Below are positions 1 to 14,017 of a stretch of DNA of 64,000 nt, one piece after another. The stretch's first letter is position 1; each line of letters begins with the position of its first letter. Below the pieces are notes generated by a model. The model saw only the letters and a list, made by a program, of their open reading frames with translations. It ran no database searches and was not told the DNA's origin. The stretch is taken from the NCBI RefSeq assembly GCF_009914755.1, contig NC_060932.1; one strand, 5' to 3'. The translations under genes and the position numbers were made by a program. This DNA comes from the human T2T-CHM13v2.0 reference genome, Homo sapiens.

Positions 1-1871
1 GCACAAATTAAAGAGAACACTTTGATATTAACGTAAGATAGCTCTGTACTTGACTCTCACATTTGAATATTTAAGACACTGAGCTTTTTCTATCTTAAAA
101 ATATTTTAAGACATGACCATTTTTATTCAGAACATTTTGAAGCTAAAAATATTTATAGTTAAAAATAGAAATGCAAACTATATTTTCATTTATGTAAAGA
201 TTAGTAGTTGCACCAAATGGTAAAACTTAAACTTGTCTATCTTCTGAATGTCATTTAGAATCATCACCTTTCTATTTCTTCTGTCACATAGACCCCATAT
301 ATCCATCTGTCATATTGTCAACTTTATGGATTTACACCTGTTCCACAAGGAAGAATATTTTTAAAACGGTATAAGGTAATATGTCTTTTTCATGTGATCT
401 TGGCAGAAAATACAAGTCATATGACACAATTTTCTATCTCTGGATATGCACTTTTAAACTGCCTCATTCTATTCAGGCCATAGCAAAATACCATAGAATG
501 GGTGGCTTATAAACAACAGAAATTTATTTCTCACAGTTCTGGAAGCTGGGAAGTCAGCACTGGTAGATTTGATGTCTGCTGAGGGCCCCTTTCCTGGATT
601 ATATACGACCGTCTTCTGGCTGTGTCCTCACATGGTAAAACTGGCTAGAGATCTCTCTGGGGTCTCTTTCATAAGAGCATTAATCCCATTCATGAGAGCT
701 CTGCCCTCATAACTACCTTCCAATCCCTGCCCCCAATACTATCATCTTATGGGTTAGGATTCTAACATATGAATTTGGGGGATTCAAACATTCAGACTAC
801 AGCATTCTGCTGCTGGCCCCCAAAATTAATGTCCTCACATGCAAAATACATTCATTCCATCCCTATAGCCCCACAAGTTATAATTTGTTCCAGCATCAAC
901 CATAAGTCTAATGTTCAAAGTCTCATCTAAATATCATGTCAATCACATATGGGTGACACTTTAAGATATGATTCATCCTGAGGCAAACTCACCTCCGGCT
1001 ATGAGTCTGTAAAATCAAACAAACTATCTACTTTCAAAACACAATGATGAGACAGGCACGGGACAGATATTTCCATTCTTAAAAAAGAAAAACAGGGCAG
1101 AAGAAAGGGGTAACAGATCTTAAGCAGGACCAAAACCTTAAAATTCAAGAAGAATCTCTTTGATTCAATGCTCTGTTCTTCAGTCCCACTGGGCCTATGG
1201 TCTCACCTCCTAGACTCACAGGTTGGAGGTCTCCACCCAGACACGCTGCAGGGAAGGTCCCACATTCTGGACCTACTGGAGGTTATAGTCTTACTTCTGT
1301 AGGTTTGCTGGGCATAATACATACTACAGCTCTCACAGGTTAGAGTTGCATGCCTGTGGTTCTCCCTGACTAACATCACACACCAGTGGCTCTACTGTTT
1401 CATGATCATATTGGTGGCCCCACCTCTGTAGCTCCACTGGACATTTTTCCACAAGGCAATGCTAAAGGTGTGGGGCTATCCACATGACCCCTATGGCAGT
1501 TCTTTGCCTGGGCAGAGAGGCTTTCCAGGACACCCTTTGAAATCTACACAAAGGCAACCACATCTCCATAGCTTTATTGGGTACCGAGCATGGTGAGCCA
1601 GACCCACAGGAACTATCCCTATGTAGCCAAGCAGCTGTGTGACAGACTGCATGAATCAGAGCCTGAGGTTTAAGGCCCTTCCTTTGAAATCTGACTCCAA
1701 GGCCCTTGCACTATGGGCTTGTGACTGGATGGGTAGCCTGGATGATCTCTAAAATGCACTCAGGTTCATTCTTCCTTTGTTTTGGACAATAGGTCCTGGC
1801 TTCTGTTTAGATGGCTAACTAATGCTCTCATTGTATTGATGAATAGCTTCTAGCTTCTACTGAGATTGTGA

Positions 1872-2165
<294 letters not shown>

Positions 2166-2251
2166 TAAACTCTTAAAGTTCTCTTTTGAATAGGTCTTCC
2201 CATTTTCCCAATACAGGTAGGTTGAAAGTTTTTAAAATATAGAAGTTTTGA

Positions 2252-2548
<297 letters not shown>

Positions 2549-3917
2549 CGATTTCCAATCAATTAACAATTCCATGTTTAAATCATTGGCAGTCAAGAGA
2601 AGCCAAGCTGAACCATTAACACTTTGCTTAGATATTTTCTCAGCCAAATATTCAATTTCATTGTTTAAAGTTTTACCTTCTAGAAAACTCCAGAACATGA
2701 ACACAATCAGCCACTTTTGTTATAAAGTGGCATAATCTTTGCCACATTATAACAAGAATATTCTTTCCTCTATTGTTCAACAACTTGTTCCTCATTTCCA
2801 TCTAAGGATTCATCAGAATTACCTTTACTATCCACATTTCTACTAATATTCTGTTCATAACCACTTAGATATTTTAGTAAAAAGATGTTGCCTTTCTCTA
2901 GAGCTTTCCTCCTTTTCTTCTGAGCCCTCATCAGAATTTCCCGTTACAGTTCTTTCACAACAATGTAGGCTTTTTCTAGCATGCACCTCAAACTCTTCCA
3001 GCCTACACCTGTTACCCAGTTCCAAAGCTGCTGCCACGTATTTAGGTTTTTGTTACAGTAGCACCCCACTCCTGGTACCAATTTTCCATCTTAGTCTGTT
3101 CAGGCTACTATAACAAAAAAACATAGACTAGGTGGCTTATAAACAATAGAAATGTATTTCTTATAGTTGTAAAGGCTGGGAAATCAAAGTTTTCTAAAGC
3201 ATTGGCAGATTCAGTATCTGATGAGGGCCCTTTTCTTGGTTCATAGACAGCTATTTTCTTGCTGTGTCCTCACATGGTAGAACAGGTGAAAATATCCCTG
3301 GTGTTGCTTTTATGAGGACACTAATCCCATTGGTCATCTCCTAATGGCCCCACCTCCCAATACAATCACCTTAGGGGTTAGAATTTTTACATAAAAAATT
3401 GGGGAAAACAAATATTTAAACCATAGCAAGAATCAATGCAAAATCAAAAGTAGTCTGTTCTTTATCTAAAGACTCCTGATGGATGCAGTGTAAGGATTCT
3501 CAAAAAGCCCAGGAAATACAGACTGCTGGATCTCTGACAGAGAGATGGTGTGGGTTCCTGGGTACCCACATCTTTTGCCCTAAAAGTAGGAAGTGAGTTC
3601 TGGCTGAATCTAGGTTGAGAACAGTAAACTAGCATTCACTCCTGAAGTGGAATATCAGTAATAGACTAGGTAACAGCCTAAAGCCTTTCATAGGCTTTAG
3701 TTCCTGGTGTTAGCTACTGTACTTGCTAAGATAAATCCTTAGTTGGATAGCATCACCTTACTCTTTTTATATAGATTTTTATTTTTGATGGCTAAAATGC
3801 TGGGATTAATCAATTGATACATTTGAAATACAAAAACACTTTGCAATAATCATGTAGAATAGGGGCCCTCTTCAGTTTCAGACACAAATGGTTAATGGTT
3901 TAAAATTTATAGTCTTG

Positions 3918-4220
3918 GGCCAGGCCCGGTGGCTCACACCTGTAATCCCAGTACTTTGGGAGGCCGAGGCAGATAGATCACCTAAGGTCAGCAGTTCAAG
4001 ACCAGCCTAGCCAATAAGGTGAAACCCTGTCTCCAGTAAAAATACAAAAAAATTAGCCAGGCATGGTAGTGCATGCCTGTAATCCTAGCTGCTTGGGAGG
4101 CTGAGGTGGGAGGATTGTTTGAACTCAGGAGGCAGAGGTTGCAGGAGATCGCACCACTGCACTCTAGCCTGGGTGACAGTGCAAGACTCCATTTCAAAAA
4201 GAATAAAAATAAAAACAAAA
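3918..4220 (+). mobile_element. AluS
   Basis: ggccaggcccggtggctcacacc... with A-rich tail. TSD taaaatttatagtct at 3901-3915 and 4221-4235. Confidence 0.95.
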
Positions 4221-6214
4221 TAAAATTTATAGTCTCATATTCTCTATTCTATGTTTCACAAATATTCTCTTCAAATGTTCACTTTCTTCACTCACTTCTC
4301 TTCGCTTGCTATTTTGCTATTTTTTTTTAATTTTTCCTTTTCTCTCTCTGTTTAATGTGACAGATCATTTCTCCCATCTATATCTTGCCTCTTTCTAACT
4401 CTGTCTCATCTGCATGTCTTCATGGATATAAGAATATTTATTTCTTTGGATAATGTGATGTTTAAATTTTTAGGGTAAGAAGAAAAGCAGAGCATAAACA
4501 TTGGTTAAATATATACTTGCAAGGCCTATTAAAATTGTAGTAATAATTATTTTAACTTTGTTTTTATTTTATGTTAAAAAATTTGCCAACAATGAAAACA
4601 AACCAAAATGTCTATTTCTTTAAGTACACTCCTCAACCATTTGACCTGGAATGCATTAATTGGTGGAAATTTCACTGTCCTCCTAAATGGTATATTTTAA
4701 TAAAGATTTACTAGTATTTTCAATAAAATCAACACATTTTTCCTAAACTTTCATATAAATTTTAAATGCAAATAGAAGTCAAACATTCAAGGAATCCTAA
4801 ATTAGAGTTGGAAAGAATGACAGTACTCAATGCTTTCAGCCTTTTCCAAAATGCAAAAATCTTCTGTGGAAGGCACATTTTCCATATAATAACTTTAAAT
4901 TGTTTTAAAAATAAAATGTCAACAAATTAAAATCAATAGTATCAAACACTTGATCAGTACTGCATATTAAGTCCTATATTCTGCATCGAATACTTTTAGA
5001 ATTGGAATCTTCTCTCTTGATTTTGTGGTGGCTTATTTGACAAAAACAAAAACAACCTATTTTCTTTAGTGCTTATTAGGTTCCAAGAACTAAGCCAAGG
5101 CTTTTAGTCATTTAGCCATAATGAACCTATGAAGAAGTTTTCTTATTTTCTTGTTTTATTGGTATGGGATTTGAAGATCAGAGATTATGTAAATTTTCCA
5201 GGATCTTATTGTAACTCACTTCAATTCAGTCATGCGGACAAAGCGAAGACATTCACCCACGACTCTTGTGCTGATAATTTAGTACAATTCCCAGCTCTGA
5301 TGATTTCACTCAATTTTACATAATTCTTTACAACCTTTCACGTTAATTAGCACATTAACATGATAGATATACAAACAGAACCTTTAAGGATTAATTCATA
5401 CATTTACATTTCAGTTCTTGGCATATGTAGGTTCTTTGAACACTCTAACTAAAGGAATAAAAGGGTTTTTGATGATATTTAAAGATTAATGAACTAGTTT
5501 ATGAATTTCCATGTCATTATATTACTCTGTTTTTACAGTAGATTATATGAAACTAAATGAAGAGAACTACTTATCTAAGTCCTTCTATTTTTACAGCATT
5601 GATATTTTCTGTCAATACCTACATAAATATATTAAAAGTGACACAGAAATTATGTAAATAATTACTGGGGAAAGTGAGGCAGAAATAATGATTCTTAGTA
5701 ATTACAGAAAAAGATTTAAAAATCTACTGTGAGTTTTGAAGAGAGTTATTATTATGTGTCTGTCTTCAATTATTAAACTGATTTCAAGCAATGTAATTTC
5801 CAATTTATGCATATTGCATGACTAATTTTCACAGACATATAGAAACATTTCTTTTAGCTCATGATTCCTTTAGTTCAGAATGTTATAAATGTTATTTATA
5901 ACATTTCATGAGTATGAAGTCAATGTATTGTGTTGTATGTATTGTGGTTCAGAAAAGAGGACATTATTTGTTTTGTCTTTATGAGAGTGCAAGTACCTAA
6001 GGGGAGGATCTCTCTGCCATATTAACCCCAGCTCTCTGGTAGGCACAAGATAGGCGGAACATTAAGTCCAGCTGATTTATCTCCTGTATTTGTGGACTGT
6101 CAAAAATGTATTTTAATAGAGTCAGCAATTCTGCACAATAAATGAGGCAGAAATGTAATTGGGAAATAGCTTATAAGTCAGAACATAAAGAGAAGCAGTA
6201 ATCTATCAATTAAT

Positions 6215-6415
6215 TTAGGGTTCAAAGGTAGAAAAACTTAGTTTTAAATCCTGCCTCCACTCTAACCCTTACTATGCTCTGCCACTTTAAAGAGAACTAT
6301 TTTACCTCTTTCAGACTCAGTTTATTCATCTGTACATTCCAAAAGTAACAGTTCCATAGATTTGTCAGAGGATTGCAACAAATATGTATTTAAATTACTT
6401 AGCATGGAATCGGGC
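6215..6415 (+). mobile_element. MIR fragment (split by the LTR that follows)
   Basis: MIR core-like ctcagtttattcatctgta, plus aaatcctgcctccact. Confidence 0.6.
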
Positions 6416-6802
6416 TCTTTTAGACAATTCAGGCTGCTATAACAAAATACCATAGATTAGGTAAGTTTTCAACAACAGAAATGTATTTCTTAGAGTTCTA
6501 AAGATTGGGAAGTCTAAGATCAAGGTGCCAGCAGATGTAGTGTTTGGTGAGGGCTTGCTCGGTGCTTCATAGACAGTGCCTCTGTGTCCTCACATGGTGG
6601 AAGGCTGAATATGCTTCCTCAGACTTCTTTTATAAAGGCACAAATCTCATTACTGAGGGTAGAGCCCCCGAGACCTAGTCACCTTCCAAAGGCCCCACTT
6701 CTTAATACCCCCACATGGGGGATTAGGTTTCAACATAAGAATCTGTGTGTGTTGTTGGGGGGCGGTGGGGTGAGGGAGAGAATAAATATTCAGACGATAG
6801 GA
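6416..6802 (-). mobile_element. MLT1A-type solo LTR
   Basis: ttcaggctgctataacaaaataccataga...aagatcaaggtgccagcagat...ggattaggtttcaacat...ttcagacgatag; similar to the LTRs at 460 and 3087. Confidence 0.85.
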
Positions 6803-7240
6803 TTGGCAAACAGTGGCATTAAGAAAATTATAAATATCAGAAATCAGAAATCGTGGTTATTTAGCTAAAAGATAAGAAAATTGGAGAGTCATTTACAGTC
6901 TTCTAGTGTTTTAAATTATTTTTTGTAAGTGTTCATTCAACAAATAACAGAATAATACAAGAATAGTTCAGATTCCATCTATTGTCACGGAAAAAATAAA
7001 ATATTTGTTTTAAGAAAAAAATGCACTGTGAAATATGCTAGGTATATTTTTGGGGTTGGGGTGGGAGTGGCGATATCAAATTCCTAGAGAAATCAAATGA
7101 CCAACCATCCTTCCTAGTTATTTGTGAGAGCCTAGTTTATACCATTATCCTAGCACAATTGTTGACAATGTCCTGATTTAAATGGTAAAAAAAATATATT
7201 TTACTTAAAGCAAATATATTCTATAAAAATTACATAACCT

Positions 7241-7530
7241 GGCTGGGTGCGGTGGCTCGCACCTATAATCCCAGCACTTTGGGAGGCCGAGGCGGGTGGA
7301 TCACGATGTCAGGAGTTCAAGACCAGCCTGACCAACATGGTGAAACCCCGTCTCTACTAAAAGATAGAAAAAATTAGCCGAGCATGGTGGTGGGTGCCTG
7401 TAATCCCAGATACTTGGGAGGCTGAGGCAGGAGAATCACTTGAACCTGGGAGGCAAGGTTGAGTGAGCCAAGATCATGCCATTGCACTCCAGCCTGAGTG
7501 ACAGGGTGAGACTCCATAAAAAAAAAAAAA
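7241..7530 (+). mobile_element. AluS
   Basis: Full Alu with A tail. TSD attacataacct / attacatatcct. Confidence 0.95.
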
Positions 7531-7889
7531 ATTACATATCCTGTGAATGCATATCAACAGATTTATCTTTGATCTCTTCTCAGTAGAAATGAATGTACCT
7601 TCTATGTTATTTCATAATTTAAAATTATTTTTTATTCTAATGACCTATGAACTGACATGTGAACAAATGTATTTTAAAAAGGTAAAAATAAGAATGGCAA
7701 ATATAATTTATTTTCATATGGCAAAATGTGTTATTAAAAAGTAATTTTATATATTTATGATTGTCTATTATGTGTCAATATACACACTCATTCCTCCCTA
7801 TGGAGAGTGGACTATTAAGATTATTAAAATTAAAACAAAAATAAAACAAAAATTTTGCTTATCTTTTATTTTAAAAAGTATTATTTTCA

Positions 7890-8205
7890 GCTGGGTGCGG
7901 TAGATCACACCTGTAATCCCAGCATTCTGGGAGGCCGAGGGGGGTGGATTACTTGAGGCTAGGAGTTTGATACCAGCCTAGACAACATGGTGAGACCTGG
8001 TCCCTTTTGTATTTTGTAAAAATACAAAAATTAGCTGGGCATGGTAGTGCACGCCTGTAATCCCAGCTACTCTCTATGCTGAGGCAGGAGGCTTTAACCT
8101 GGGAGGCGGAAGTTGCAAGGGAGCTGTAATCATGCCACGGCCTTCCAGCCTGAGCGACACAGCAAGACTCTCTCTCAAAAAAAAAAAAAAAAAAAAAAAA
8201 AAAAA
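7890..8205 (+). mobile_element. Alu (J-like) with ~29-nt A tail
   Basis: Alu dimer with diverged, AluJ-like positions. Confidence 0.9.
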
Positions 8206-8207
8206 CA

Positions 8208-8209
<2 letters not shown>

Positions 8210-8254
<45 letters not shown>

Positions 8255-8260
8255 TATATA
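8210..8260. repeat. (TA)n microsatellite
   Basis: About 25 TA units with one interruption, directly after the Alu tail. Confidence 0.95.
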
Positions 8261-8937
8261 CACATATCTTATTTTTAACATCACATACTAATATAACTTT
8301 AATGAGAAACAACTCAAGTCATTAGAATTATTTTATAACCTGAGATTAAGTCTTACCACTCTTTTTTGAATTTAATATTATGTAATTTAAAAAATAATAA
8401 AAATTCCCAGATATGTTCTTCGGGCAGAAAAGAGAGTAATTTCCCTACTTTCTATATTTTCTATGTCTATGGAACTCTACAAAAGCCAAGCGTCATTATA
8501 ATTACCCTGAAATACTATAAAATTCTAAACTATTAAGATATCCATAATTTTAGATAGTATACATTCTATTTACCAATGCAAGTTAGATATACTATTGCAA
8601 AAACAACTTCGAAACAATAAGATTTTTGGCTAACCTTATGCATTTTACTCATTCAAAATGTTACCACCAATATTTGTGAAAGACTGAAAAAATTTATAAT
8701 TTTATATTTTTATACATATCTGTAACTAATAGAGTAAGAAAAAATTAATTCATATTTTCTAATTCTTTTGATGACCAAGCAAAATATTTCCAGAAAAGTC
8801 AGCTTTTGGATTCTTAAAAGATCTCTGAATTCTTTACATATTGGCCCAGAAATCTTTGCACAAACTTTTAAAAATAAAAAATAATATTTATTTCAAAGGA
8901 TGACTACCAGAGTCTGAGAACTGTAGTGGACAAAAAC

Positions 8938-9193
8938 ACAGAGTGTATAAGATCTGCCATTTGATAGCACAACAGTGTGACTACAGTCAATAACAACTTA
9001 ACTGTACATTTGGAAATAACTTAAAGAGTATAATTGGATTGTCGCAACACAATGAATAAAAACTAGAGGAGATGGATATCCCATTCTTCATAATGTGCTT
9101 ATTTCACATTGCCTGCTTGTAAAAAAAATCTCATGTACTCCATTAATATATACACCTACTGTGTACCCACAACAATTAAAAAAATAAAATAAA
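8938..9193 (+). mobile_element. L1MA-type 3' end
   Basis: tttgatagcacaacagtgtgactacagtcaataa...atatatacacctactgtgtacccacaa followed by an A-rich tail. Confidence 0.8.
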
Positions 9194-9498
9194 AGGATAG
9201 TAGTCCTTCATAATCCCACATTAGTAGCAGCAGATTCTATGTTCCTGGAAATATATATATTTACTTACATCCACATAAATCCATATAAATCAGTAAATGA
9301 GGAAATTATTTAGCTAATTCAACACAAATTTTTTTATTGATTTCATCACCAAGACAATTGCAACAAATCTCCACTGATTTTTCATATTTATATAAAGCAT
9401 ACTTATTAAATTATTTAAAATTAAGTACATAATTATTAGATCTGAAATTTAAAAAATTGAAAGATGTAACCAATTTTTATATAAACTATGTATAATCA

Positions 9499-9741
<243 letters not shown>

Positions 9742-11317
9742 TTATATTTATTTTAATTTTATATGGTAGACAAATACAGATTTCAAAATGTAACTGTTTA
9801 AACACATTTTTGAGAAATCATCACTTTTTATCAGAACTTGAATTAACAATTTGAATACATTCTTAAAGTTTTAAATTTCAGACAGAATAAAATATAATTT
9901 AAAATAAATATTGTTATTGTCATCAAGGTTTTTTATTAGAAAAGTTTTACTTTTGATTCTTTAAACATCAACGATTTTTGTTTTACCGAACTCATTAATA
10001 TTACAAAATAGTTTTAGTTAGATATTTTTGTAATTTGTGGGATGAAAACTGAAAGTTTTTTTTCTTTTTAAACTTAGAATACCAAGTTCAAAAAATATGT
10101 GTCAGGTTATATCAAATAATTTTACATTTTTTTCAGTATTTGGTTCTTAATTAAAAACAGATTTTATAAAGGCAAACAGTACTTTATTAGTTTCATAAAA
10201 TTTCACAAACTTAATTTCAAACACATTTGCTATTGAGAAAGATAACTACATTTGGACTAGGTAGAATATATGTCAGACAGATTAACAACAATAAAAGTTT
10301 TTACTTTAATAATCATACAATATCAGATTTGAAATTGCTTTTAGATTTTATAGGTATGCCCTTTAATTGTGCCTTTTTTTTGGTTTAGTAAAATAGAATG
10401 ATAACAGGATGTTTTTTCTTTTTAAAACACATAACAAATGTGATTAAAGAGATTGACAATAGCCCAAAAAATGATATGATGAATTCTAAATAGATTAATT
10501 CTTCTTATGCGACTTGAGTAAATATAATTCCATTCATTATAGTGCCTTTTTGCAGTCGTAATACCACACATTGTTTCCAGGGGGAAGTACTACTTAACAT
10601 AAAAGAGTACAGGATTATAGTCAACTGATAAATGGGGTAAGAAGGTTTAATAGGAATAACAAATCACAAATGTTTATACATTTCTTAGTAATAAAGTGCA
10701 AGATACATTTGAGATTAACTACTATATGACCATATATATTTCAAAGACAATATTTCAAATAATGGCTCTTAACTTGGTTTAATGATAACGTAGAAGGTTG
10801 TCTACCACAGGCAAGAAATAAAATGTGTAAACAAACTTCTAATTGCACAAAAGTCCTAATAACTGAAGAAAGTTTTAATTCTCCTGAGAGAATGAGAAAC
10901 TATAATTTTAGAATGGAACACTGATTTCCTTGGCATGTTTAAGTACATCAGCACCAAAATTTTTATATCTTTAATTTCGAGTGCTAAACTAAATTAGACT
11001 AAATAGTCTAGAGTGCTAGACTGTTAGAAAATAGAAAATGTAGATAGTAAAGGATTGTCAGGAAAAAAAAGTAGATGTTTTGAAAATAATATGTGGGAAG
11101 GAAGGAAAATCAGACATTTAAACTGAGAATGATGATGGAAGCAATAGATTTTGTTTACTTTGGTCAAGGTGACAGTGATCTAGTGATGGTGGAGGGGACA
11201 AAATAAAACTGCTTAAAAACACTTTTATCTAGAGGATTTCATCATTCAAAAACTCTGAATACATCATGGAAAATTATATCATTCCTTAGTGTGTTTCTAG
11301 ACTACAGGGTCACTTAC

Positions 11318-11413
11318 CTTGGTAAACAAAGTGAAATCCCTTAGCTGTTATTGGTCCAACTGAAGTAAATCGAATTGTGATCTGATTACCTGAACTCAGT
11401 GGAAGTGATTCTC
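11318..11413 (-). CDS. CSMD3: CSMD3 coding exon (96 nt, phase 1-1), CUB domain C-terminus: (G)ESLPLSSGNQITIRFTSVGPITAKGFHFVYQ(A)
   Basis: Minus strand reads ttgttgagtAG|GA GAA TCA CTT...TAC CAA G|GTAAGTG. It carries the CUB terminal motif S-x-x-N-x-I-x-I-R-F...K-G-F-x-x-x-Y and a consensus donor. Confidence 0.95.
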
Positions 11414-11910
11414 CTACTCAACAAAACAAACACTAAGATATCATAAATAATTTTCATTCAGTAAACCTAACAAATTATATTATAATCTTACACTGTCATT
11501 TGAAAATGTCAATCTATGTTCTATCAAATTACTTTAAAATATCCTACAACTACCAATATATTTCCTTTGGGTTCAACTTGTATTGCAATCTTTTTCTCAG
11601 AAAGCTTTAATTACATTTTTATACATATTGCCTCATTCTTCAAAGAATTCTTAAATATTTTATATTACATTAAACACCAGAGACTAAGTGATTAAATATA
11701 TTATTTACTTGGTTACAATCCCAGAGAATAGTTGGTTGTATTTTTCTCAACCTTCTGAGTTAATTTTGTTTCTATTCTTTAGAAAAAAAAAAGGTGACAC
11801 TATTTTCAGTTTGCTTTATTTCTTATATTGATGATATAAATCTCAACTTTCACTACAATACTAATCAAAGTCAGTCTTTAATCAGTAACTGATGCATGGC
11901 AGTTCTATTA

Positions 11911-12036
<126 letters not shown>

Positions 12037-13495
12037 TCAACAGGAACCCGGAGAAGCAAACAAATCACCAACCATCCAAAAACGAAAACAAAAAACAAAA
12101 AAATAGAAAGAGGAGGAGAGAGAGAACAAAGTATTACAATATAATAGTCATTTTTTTTCTACCTAAAAGAGGATAGGTGCCAATTGGTTGATATTACTGA
12201 CACATGTACTTCAGGTCATAAAAGAAGTGACCATGACCTAAAGCAATAAAATATTAAGACAACAATTCTTAAAAATATAAATGAGCATAGCATTTAATTT
12301 GGATCAGAAATCATAAAATTGATGATTAATACTTTATAGTAACTACTTTTGGCTTTTCTCAATGGTGGTTTGATTCTTTTCACTTTGTGACTCTCTTCTC
12401 TTTTTCTAATTTTTTACCTCCTCCTTTAGATAAGATAGACACAGTTTTAATTCAGGGGATTTTTTAAGTTGTCCTTAAAAATGTTATTCCATTATGAGTA
12501 ATAATTTCATTAGAAAAAGATTAGCGAGATTCTTTTCAGATATAGTGTTTAATTTATATTCTAAGTTTTAAATGATTCCTAAACATTTATTGTTAATCTT
12601 CTGCCAAAATAAAGAAATATTATTTATGATTCCTCAGCAATTGAGATATCATAAAATTTTGCAAAATAATTGCTCTTCCATGGTAAGTACAGTTCTGAAG
12701 TACATACCAACAGAGCTTTATAGATGTGTCTTTTTCCTCCATTTTTACTTATCCTTTAATTACATACTAAACTTACATGCAGAATTTACCCAAACTAAAA
12801 CTATAAAGAACCTGTTTCAAGAACAGAAATCAGTTTGCTTTGTGTTTTTTTTTCTTAAATAAAATCAGTAACAAAACTTATCCTTAAAATATTTCATTGG
12901 TAAAATTGTGGGGTTTAAAAGAGTATAATTTTAATGAAAATTTAATAATGCCAAAGCAAGGTCACTTTTATAAATTTGAAATCACATGAATTTAAATTGT
13001 TCATTCCATGAGTATATACAAATATATTTTTCAAATGCTGATTCAAATTGTATACCTCAAATGAAGGCTATGGACATCCTCTGGTGGTCCTTTTACTAAC
13101 AGGCTAATTCACTTGAAACATGGTTACTTTTGCATATGAATTCAGGTATACACATAATATGGCAAACAAAGCTATATGTAGTTTTTAGGCCTGTAAAAAT
13201 AAGCTGGTGATCTCAGTCCAGTTCTTTGTGGAGTAAAAGAAAATGAAAATATTAACAGATACAGCGATGTTTCTTTGAACGTTTCTGAACATTGCTGTGC
13301 TAAAATTTGTCAATAATCCTCCTTAAAATATTTCCTAGAAGTCATGAATACAAATTTATGTTTCCACCTAACCAGACACATGCCGTGAATTATTTTAATG
13401 GTTTACAAGTCATACAAACATTTTGAATTCAGACCTTTTTAAAAGATCCCAAATTTGTTCCACCAAATCCCAAGCTACTTCCAAAATACTCCAAA

Positions 13496-13724
13496 TATAT
13501 ATATATATATATATATATGTATATTTGTTTTCTAATGGAAAGAAAGAGTTAAAGGATGCTGAATTGTACTATGTATATACATACATATGTATATATATAT
13601 GTGTATATATATATGTATATATATGTGTATATATATGTATATATATATGTGTATATATATGTATATATATATGTGTATATATATATGTATATATATATGT
13701 GTATATATATATATGTATATATAT
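13496..13724. repeat. (TA)n at 13496-13524 and (TATATG)-type array at 13571-13724
   Basis: Directly visible alternating purine/pyrimidine arrays. Confidence 0.95.
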
Positions 13725-14017
13725 AGGAAAGGTTTTGTTTTCTGTTTTTGCATTAGATTAGTGTTTGGATGATCCTGTTCTCAAATATGTCTTAAGAAGT
13801 TTCTATTATATAAAGCAGATTGCCATTGCCTTACAAAGTAGCCGGAAAAAAGAAAAAAAATGGTATTTTAGTCTAATCACGGGAATTTTGTTACATCAAG
13901 CACACTGCCCAAAAAGGCTCTTGGCATGTAATTTATTCTTTCTCTTAGCTTTTTGGGAAATCATTAAGGAAAAGTACAATACCGCATCCTTTAACTCTTT
14001 CTTTCTATTAGAAAACA
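13526..14017. repeat. 45-bp inverted repeat (arms 13526-13570 and 13973-14017, 42/45 complementary)
   Basis: tgttttctaatggaaagaaagagttaaaggatgctgaattgtact versus agtacaataccgcatcctttaactctttctttctattagaaaaca. Confidence 0.95.
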
